DNA from: Candidatus Marinacidobacterales bacterium
Lineage (GTDB): Bacteria > Acidobacteriota > Vicinamibacteria > Marinacidobacterales > DATDRI01
Assembly: GCA_965219415.1 (NCBI GenBank)
Contig: OZ244742.1
Location: forward strand, 928,001-992,000
Direction of reading: 5' to 3'
DNA length: 64,000 nt
Every line of letters begins with the position of its first letter. Within the stretch, counting starts at the first letter, position 1. The position numbers were made by a program, and so were the translations under genes. Shown piece after piece: positions 57,597 through 64,000 of the stretch. The notes under the pieces were generated by a model that worked only from the letters and a program-made list of their open reading frames with translations, searched no databases and was not told the DNA's origin.

Positions 57597-58738
57597 GAAG
57601 CGCTCTCTACGAGCCGGCCGTATTTCCGCAGCACGGCCCGCAGGTCGTCGTGTGGGAGCGCGACCACCTTGTGGTTGTCTCGTCCCACTATGGTTTCCGC
57701 CGCCACCAAGGCATTAATGATGGCCTCCTCGGTGGCTTCGACCGTCGCCGCGAATACCGGACCGAGTCTTCCATTAGGAAGCATCTCCAACTGCGCCATG
57801 TCTTTCGCCCCCGCCGCGCCAGGATTGGCCGTCGAAAAGGCTATGAAGATATCGCCCGATCCGTTGCCGGAGATACTCCCGGTTCTAGCTAGGCCGAGGG
57901 CGGCGCGCCGGCCGAGACGTTTCACTTGATGTGCAAGCAGGGGGGCATCGGTCGCGACCACAATAATGATGGAACCCTCTCGCTGTGGCCCGGGACGACC
58001 CCAAGAGGGGCAAGGCACCTCGTCGCAGCCAAGCTCTTGCCCAACCGGGACCCCGGCGACTCAGAGCAAGGGTCTCGAACCAAAATTCGACTGCACTAGG
58101 ACACCGACAGTGTAGCCTCCCTGATCGGCGCTTGGCTTCCGCGATGAGGTCCCGATGCCGCCTTTGAAACCGTAGGTGTTCATGCCGGTTCCACCGCCGA
58201 CATTCCCCTCCGGAACCGCGCCTGACGCCGCGGCACCGAGAGCCTCGAAAGCGTGCCCGGCTTTTACGTGAAAGCCGTTGATATCGTTCAGCCAGCCATC
58301 ATAAGTCTCCGCCACAACCGGCAGAGACCATGGTTGAAAGAGAAAGTCTTCCTTTGCCTGCCATTGAATGATCGTGTCCCGAACGACGCCCACGCTGTGA
58401 GTGTTGGTGATCGCGATGGGACCTTCGAGAAACCCGGACTCTTCCACCCACGTCGTACCGGTCATCTCGCCGTTGCCGTTGAGCGAAAACCAGCCGGCGA
58501 AGACGGGATCTTTTGATCCTTTCCCTCTTGGAAGAACGACCGTCACACCAGTGCGTACCGCCTCACCTTCGATAAGCGTAGTGTGACCGACCTCCAAGCC
58601 GGCCACGTCGGTAATGGCGTTGAGAGCGCCCGGCGTCCCTTCGAAGGGAATTCCCAAGTCGCGCGCTCGCGGTTTCGTCTCGGCCCAAGTCGATTGGGCA
58701 TAGAAAAACACCAGAATAAGCCAAACCATGGATTTCAT
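57587..58738 (-). pseudogene. DmpA/P1-family (S58) aminopeptidase with one in-frame TGA
   Basis: RARDLGI...G..NAITDV, NGNGEMTG, GGGTGM, GSII.VVATDAP, NGSGDIF; TGA at 58061-58063 between same-frame halves. Confidence 0.88.
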
Positions 58739-58751
58739 TTCGTTCTCCTGT

Positions 58752-60530
58752 TTAGGAAACGAGGTTTTTGTGCTGATAGAGACGGCGGTCGTAGAATCCG
58801 AGGCGGCGGTAGTACTCCCTGGTGCCCACGCTCGAGATGACGGCCAATCTCGCAAAGCCAGCCTGGCGAGCCAACTCTTCGGCTCGGCCGATAAGACTTC
58901 GACCCAAACCGAGGTGCTGAGTCTTGAGCTCGTCCTTCTCGCCAAGGCGGGCGGTCGCACCGTAGACGTGCACTTCTCGGATCATGGCGCTTCCACGGAT
59001 CTCTTCGATGAATGCCTCACGCGTAGGCAGAGCGAGCCGTAGGAATCCGGCGATGCGGCGATCTTCATCGATGTACTGAAGAAAAATTTCTTCCCCGATG
59101 GAGCTCTCGTAGCGAACCTCGTCCAGCCGAAGCCTTTCGGCCGGGACACGCTCACCCCGGATCTCGCGACTCCGAATGTCTTCGCACTGGAATCCTCTTG
59201 CCGTCAACTCGGCTTCGGCGATGCCGCGGAAGTTCGACGTCTTGTTGCCATCCAAGATATCGTCGCCCGGGATGTCGCGGATCACGCGACTCACGCGGCA
59301 ATAACCTGGTACTCGCCGTAGACACTCGACCAGAACATGGAGAAGCTCGTCGTGAGTGTAGGGCTTCCACTTCCCCGCCTCGTAGGGAACCATCAACTCG
59401 GCGCTTTCGATCAAACTGCAGGGATAGATCTTGAGCTCGTCCGGTCGAAAGTCGAGGTCGCTAAAAAGACGGTCGAAGTCCTCGACGTCACCTTCCGGGG
59501 AGGAGCCGTAGAGGTTCGGCATCCAGTGAGCCTGGATTTTGAAACCGGCCTCCCGCAGCATTCGAACCGCTCTTCGGGTGGTCGCCACGTCGTGGCCTCG
59601 CTTGTTGAGCGACAGGACTTCGTCCGAAAGGCTCTGAATACCGATCTGCACTCTCGTCGCCCCGAGGCTTCGAATCCTCTCGACCTCCTCCTCGGAGACG
59701 TAGTCGGGCCGCGTCTCGACGGAAAGCCCAATGCATCGATGGCGGGCGGTCTCGTTCGCGCGCTGCACCTCCTCGAGTGCTTCAATTGTGGAGAACTCCG
59801 ATTCATGCACCAGCTCGCCGTTTTCCTTGGAGCGCAGGAATCCGGAAACGATGTCGTTATAAGGGTTGGACTCGAACCGACCGTCTACTTGCTCGCGGAG
59901 CTCTTCGTAGTGGACGCGATGTCGTACGGCGCCGTTCGAAGACTCCCCTGCACCGAAGTCGTTCATCGCTTCGAAACATCGACGAATGAACCAACGTTGG
60001 TAGCCTTCAGGATAGAAAGACCACGTCCCCCCCAGAATAATGAGCTCGATCTTCTCGAGACGGTGGCCCATCCGTCGTAGCGCTCCAAGCCGAGAGAGCG
60101 TCTGCTCATAGGGATCGAAGGCGTGCTGGGCGGCCCGCTGTGCACCCGGCTCCAAGGACAGATAGCTCTTGGGCATCCGCACATCGTTGGGACAGAAAAT
60201 GCATTGACCGGGGCAGGGAAACGGTTTGGTCAGGACCGTTACGGGGGTGACGCCGCTCAGCGTGCGCACCGGCTTCATCTTGAGTTTCTCGATGAACCGA
60301 TCGGCGTCGCTCGACCATCCCTCCTGCTCGGCCAAGTGACGATAGCCCTGGATGATCTCGCTCTTGGAGAAAAACTCCCTGCCGCCCTTGGGATATTTTC
60401 CGAGTATTCGGTCGAGCGTCTTCCCATGAACGTCGGGACAGTTCTCGATCTCTTGGATGATGGCTCGGAGCTCCGCCTCATGAAGCTCGGGCGCAAAATG
60501 ATACGGTGTCAACCACGTCGCTTTTTTCAT
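58752..60530 (-). CDS. Elp3-type radical SAM + KAT tRNA uridine(34) acetyltransferase
   Basis: KPVRTLSGV, CPGQCIFC (CxxxCxxC), GGT, ETRPD, PDELKIYP, R..RDIP, IREVHVYG, QHLGLG, VISSVGTREYY..LG. Confidence 0.92.
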   Translation of the reverse strand: MKKATWLTPYHFAPELHEAELRAIIQEIENCPDVHGKTLDRILGKYPKGGREFFSKSEIIQGYRHLAEQEGWSSDADRFIEKLKMKPVRTLSGVTPVTVLTKPFPCPGQCIFCPNDVRMPKSYLSLEPGAQRAAQHAFDPYEQTLSRLGALRRMGHRLEKIELIILGGTWSFYPEGYQRWFIRRCFEAMNDFGAGESSNGAVRHRVHYEELREQVDGRFESNPYNDIVSGFLRSKENGELVHESEFSTIEALEEVQRANETARHRCIGLSVETRPDYVSEEEVERIRSLGATRVQIGIQSLSDEVLSLNKRGHDVATTRRAVRMLREAGFKIQAHWMPNLYGSSPEGDVEDFDRLFSDLDFRPDELKIYPCSLIESAELMVPYEAGKWKPYTHDELLHVLVECLRRVPGYCRVSRVIRDIPGDDILDGNKTSNFRGIAEAELTARGFQCEDIRSREIRGERVPAERLRLDEVRYESSIGEEIFLQYIDEDRRIAGFLRLALPTREAFIEEIRGSAMIREVHVYGATARLGEKDELKTQHLGLGRSLIGRAEELARQAGFARLAVISSVGTREYYRRLGFYDRRLYQHKNLVS

Positions 60531-60541
60531 ACACTCAGCCG

Positions 60542-61285
60542 ATGGATCGGGCCACTATTTTAGCACTCAACCAGACCAACCGAGATTTCTACACCCAGCG
60601 GGCCGACGAATTTAGCGCCACGCGACGGAGGCCCTGGCGGGGATGGCTCCGGCTGCTGCCATTCATTGGGGAAAGGCGGGCGCTCTCGGTCCTCGATGTC
60701 GGCTGCGGCAACGGGCGATTCGCCGTCTTTCTCAGCGAGCATCTAGAATCGCCGTTTAGCTACGTGGGAGTCGAATTCAGTCCGACGGTGCTCGAGCACG
60801 CTCGCTCGAAGCTGTCCGACCTTCCTTTCATTACGCTGAAAGAGCACGACGTGATGGCAGGAATCAACGAACTAACCGGCCCGTTTTCGCTGATCACGCT
60901 CTTCGGCTTTCTCCATCACGCGCCCGGCTTTGACACTCGACGCTCGTTGCTCATCGAGCTCGGCCGTCTACTGGAACCCGACGGGATCCTCGCCTTCTCG
61001 GTTTGGCAATTCGGCCGCTTCGAGAGATTTCGAAAGAAGCTCATTCCTTGGGATACGTTCCTCGCCTCGACTGGGGTCGAGATCGACCCATCCCAGCTCG
61101 AGCCGGGCGATCACATTCTGTCTTGGGGAGATACGGAGCCGGCTTATCGCTATTGCCATTTCACCGACAGCGACGAAACGTCGCGGCTGGTGTCCTCCCA
61201 GCCGCTGGAGTGTTTCGAGGTCTTTACCGCGGACGGGCGCACGAATGATCTCAATCAGTACTTCCTTTTGAAGCGCCCAGGCTAG
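60542..61285 (+). CDS. class I SAM-dependent methyltransferase, Trm9-like
   Basis: FY...A.EFSATR.RPW, LDVGCGNGRF, LHH.P, C-terminal YRYCH. Confidence 0.8.
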   Translation: MDRATILALNQTNRDFYTQRADEFSATRRRPWRGWLRLLPFIGERRALSVLDVGCGNGRFAVFLSEHLESPFSYVGVEFSPTVLEHARSKLSDLPFITLKEHDVMAGINELTGPFSLITLFGFLHHAPGFDTRRSLLIELGRLLEPDGILAFSVWQFGRFERFRKKLIPWDTFLASTGVEIDPSQLEPGDHILSWGDTEPAYRYCHFTDSDETSRLVSSQPLECFEVFTADGRTNDLNQYFLLKRPG

Positions 61286-62814
61286 CCTCGTGAATCGCCC
61301 GCACCGCGTCCAACGTGTCCGCTTCTTGCGGTGACTTGTCGGGGCGGTAGCCCTTGACGCGCGCGAAACGAAGCGCGAGGCCAGCGGGATACTGACGGCT
61401 TGCCTGGATATCGTTGAACTCGATTTCCACCACCAGTTCCGGTCGGACGTAGACCGTGAAGTGGTCGCGTGATGTTTCTAACTCCTGCCGTTTCGTTTGC
61501 CATTCCAGTATCTCGTCCGTCATTCCCTTGAAGGTTTTGCCTAACATCACCGGTTCGCCCGTCGCCGGGTCAGGTGCTCCGAGGTGCAAGTTGCTGAGCC
61601 ATCCGCGGCGGCGACCGCTCCCCCACTCCGCGGCCATGACGATGAGATCGAGCGTGTGCGCCCGCTTTACTTTTAGCCAGCTTCGACCGCGCCCGCCCGC
61701 CTCATACGGTGCGTCCAACGCTTTCGCCATTACCCCTTCGTGTCCCGCGTCGAGGGCCTGACGTTCGAAGGCAACGGCCTCGTCCCGCTCGGCCGTCACT
61801 ATTCGAGGAACCAAATGCCCCGCGGGAACCGCGTTCGAGAGGGCCACGTAACGCTCCTCGGCCGAGCGGTCGACCCAGCTCGCTCCATCTAGATATAGAC
61901 AATCGAAGAAAAATGTCGTGAGGGGCAGTTCTTCGCGCATCGCCGCGACGTCGAGTCGGCGCCCAAACCTGCGCATCGTAGTTTGAAACGGCAGCGGTGA
62001 ACCATCCGAGCGTAGCGCCAGCGTCTCCCCGTCCAAAATGATCTCCTCCGCCGACAACGCGCGCAGCATCTCTACAATCTCGGGCACTGCATCCGTGACG
62101 TCGTTCAAACGGCGTGTGAAGATCCGAACGTCTTCTCCTCGCTTGTGAGCCTGAACGCGCGCGCCGTCCAACTTGAACTCGAATGCCGCGGTTGCCAAAT
62201 GCTCGAGCGCCTCCGATACGGATTCGGCGGTCTGCGCCAGCATGGGTTTGATGGGGCGGAAGAGCTGGATGCCGATGCGCTCCAAACCCGCTGCTCCCCC
62301 GGTGAGAGCGGTTCGGGCGACCGCTCCGAGATCACCGGAGAACATGACCGCCCGGCGTACGGTTCGCGCCGGAACTTCAGAAGCCTTGGCCACCGCCTCC
62401 ACCATCACACCCTCCAAAGCGCCCTGGCGGAGCTCGCCCATGATCAGCCGCGTAAAGGAACGTCTGCTCGTCCTTGGTCCCGCGCGCAAGCAAACGATGG
62501 AGAATCAGGCCCCGGCCCGCGGAGGAGCCGCGGCCGGTCGTGCCGGCGATGGCATCGAAGGAACGGTCGACGTCGAGAAGGTTTAGTCTTGGACTATCGG
62601 CGGCGGTCTTCGGAGTTGCATTCCGTACTCCGGACCAACCGACGCCGATCCGCCCCTGGGGAAGCTCTCCCGTGAGAAAGAGAACCCCAACGGCGATCTC
62701 GTTCTCGGCAAGGCGTTTCAGGAGCTCCGCCAGGAGCCCGATCTTTTCGAGCCGGCCGCTCGTCTCCGAGACCCGCCTAGAAGTCTCAACCAAATCGCCT
62801 AGTTGCACCGTCAT
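61251..62814 (-). CDS. ATP-dependent DNA ligase (LigB-type), one frameshift
   Basis: PMLAQ, EFKLDGAR, LDGE, FFDCL, EGVMAK, WLKVK, LRFAR; extra base in an A3 run near 62455, possibly an error. Confidence 0.9.
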
Positions 62815-62872
62815 CAAGTGTAGCGCTTTCGGGTAGACGAGAGACTGCGGCTTCCTTCATACTGACTCCCCC

Positions 62873-63838
62873 ATGGAACCTGCCACGAGACCTTCGCTCG
62901 AAGACATTAGGCAGGCCGCAGACCGCATACGCGGCGTGATCGTCGAGACGCCGCTGGTGCCGCTTCATTCCTTCGAGTCGACCGGCGACATTCTACTCAA
63001 ACCCGAAATCCATCAGGCGGTGACTTCGTTCAAGTTGCGCGGCGTATTCAACGCCGTCGCCTCTCTCAGTGATGACGAGCGCCAGAAAGGGCTGAGTACC
63101 GTAAGCGCCGGCAACACCGCACAGGCTCTGGCCTGGGCGGCGCGCTATTTCGGGGTTCCGGCGAGGAGCCTGATGCCCGAGACCGCCCCGCGCACCAAGA
63201 TTGAAGCCGTCCGTGCCTACGGTGCGACGCCGGAGCTGGTGCCGGTCAACGAACTCTTCCGCTATCTTCGCGAGCACGGTTGGGAATCCGAACCGTATGC
63301 CTACATTCATCCATGGACCAATCAGAACGTTATGATCGGCCACGCGAGTATCGGGCTCGAGATCCTCGCCGACTATCCGGATGTCGACTCTGTGTTCGTT
63401 TCGGTGGGTGGTGGCGGTTTGATCGCAGGAGTCGCAAGCGCGCTCAAAACGCTCAAGCCTTCGGTGAAGGTGATCGCCGTGGAGCCGCAAGGTTGCCCGT
63501 CACTTCATGCGAGCCTCGAAGCAGGGAAACCCACGTCGGTTGATTGCGATACGATTTGTGACGGTGTCGCGGTCCCTTACATCACGGAAGAGATGTTTCC
63601 CCTCTTGCGCGAGCTCGTCGACGAAGCTGTGCTGGTCTCCGAGACCGACGTCAAGCGCATGATTCGCCGCTTGGCGCTCGGCAACAAGATGATCGTGGAA
63701 GGCGCCGGCGCGCTCTCAGCCGCGGCGGCGATTGCCATGCCTCAGGAGAAGAGAGGCAAGTGCGTGGCAGTGATATCCGGCGGAAGCATCGACAGCGACA
63801 AACTCACAGCGATCCTCAACGACCCGTCTTTGGACTAA
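62873..63838 (+). CDS. threonine/serine dehydratase-family PLP enzyme
   Basis: SFKLRG (PLP Lys), SAGN.AQ, VGGGGL, VEGAGA, SGG. Confidence 0.9.
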   Translation: MEPATRPSLEDIRQAADRIRGVIVETPLVPLHSFESTGDILLKPEIHQAVTSFKLRGVFNAVASLSDDERQKGLSTVSAGNTAQALAWAARYFGVPARSLMPETAPRTKIEAVRAYGATPELVPVNELFRYLREHGWESEPYAYIHPWTNQNVMIGHASIGLEILADYPDVDSVFVSVGGGGLIAGVASALKTLKPSVKVIAVEPQGCPSLHASLEAGKPTSVDCDTICDGVAVPYITEEMFPLLRELVDEAVLVSETDVKRMIRRLALGNKMIVEGAGALSAAAAIAMPQEKRGKCVAVISGGSIDSDKLTAILNDPSLD

Positions 63839-63854
63839 GCGTTACGAATCTACC

Positions 63855-63907
63855 CCGGGGTCAGATCTAATATTGTGACATTGTCACAATATTAGATCTG
63901 ACCCCGG
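63855..63907. repeat. perfect 53-bp palindrome (26-bp arms, 1-nt centre)
   Basis: CCGGGGTCAGATCTAATATTGTGACA-T-TGTCACAATATTAGATCTGACCCCGG. Confidence 0.95.
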
Positions 63908-64000
63908 TTTCTTTGGGTAACAGGGCTACCGAATCAGTGGGGCGATGACTAGAGACACTACCGACATCAGCTTTAGCAGGATATTGATGCTCGGGCCGGC

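Noticed and set aside
1-64000. CRISPR array, rRNA, tRNA, prophage or integrase
   Set aside because: No regularly spaced repeats, cloverleaf or rRNA signatures, or phage/recombinase motifs were seen by eye

Overview
GC-rich bacterial chromosomal window; gene content and protein style suggest Acidobacteriota (Vicinamibacteria-like), which is an inference. 1-23.5 kb is intact, mostly housekeeping: lysA, cysteine desulfurase-like, ygfZ-pduO-thiI, CarD-like, FHA-GAF-PP2C, hsp20-lon-ymdB, xseA-xseB-ispA-tlyA-nadK and a TrkA/USP fusion. 23.8-32.2 kb holds a bactofilin, a secreted protein and a polysaccharide-export OPX/beta-barrel pair around cysQ and sat-cysC. An IS256 element (38-bp TIRs, 8-bp TSD) splits a small lipoprotein gene at 33.1-34.5 kb. 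Next come an Lhr helicase, a secreted cyanophycinase and two divergent VapBC-type TA modules. 42.6-58.7 kb is a heavily eroded region of exported hydrolases and porins (sulfatase, MBL hydrolase, alkaline phosphatase, DUF2092/DUF6515/DUF4136) with a MazEF-type module. The right end carries an Elp3-type radical SAM/KAT gene head-to-head with a Trm9-like methyltransferase, an ATP-dependent ligase, a PLP dehydratase and a perfect 53-bp palindrome. Best candidates for novelty: (1) the Elp3 + Trm9-like pair, a possible eukaryote/archaea-type mcm5U34 tRNA pathway in a bacterium; (2) TA islets bounded by a duplicated 3' end of the upstream gene; (3) a putative sulfated-EPS export module; (4) the sulfatase-associated export module. 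No rRNA, tRNA or CRISPR array was seen. All family calls come from motif recognition by eye; no searches were run.
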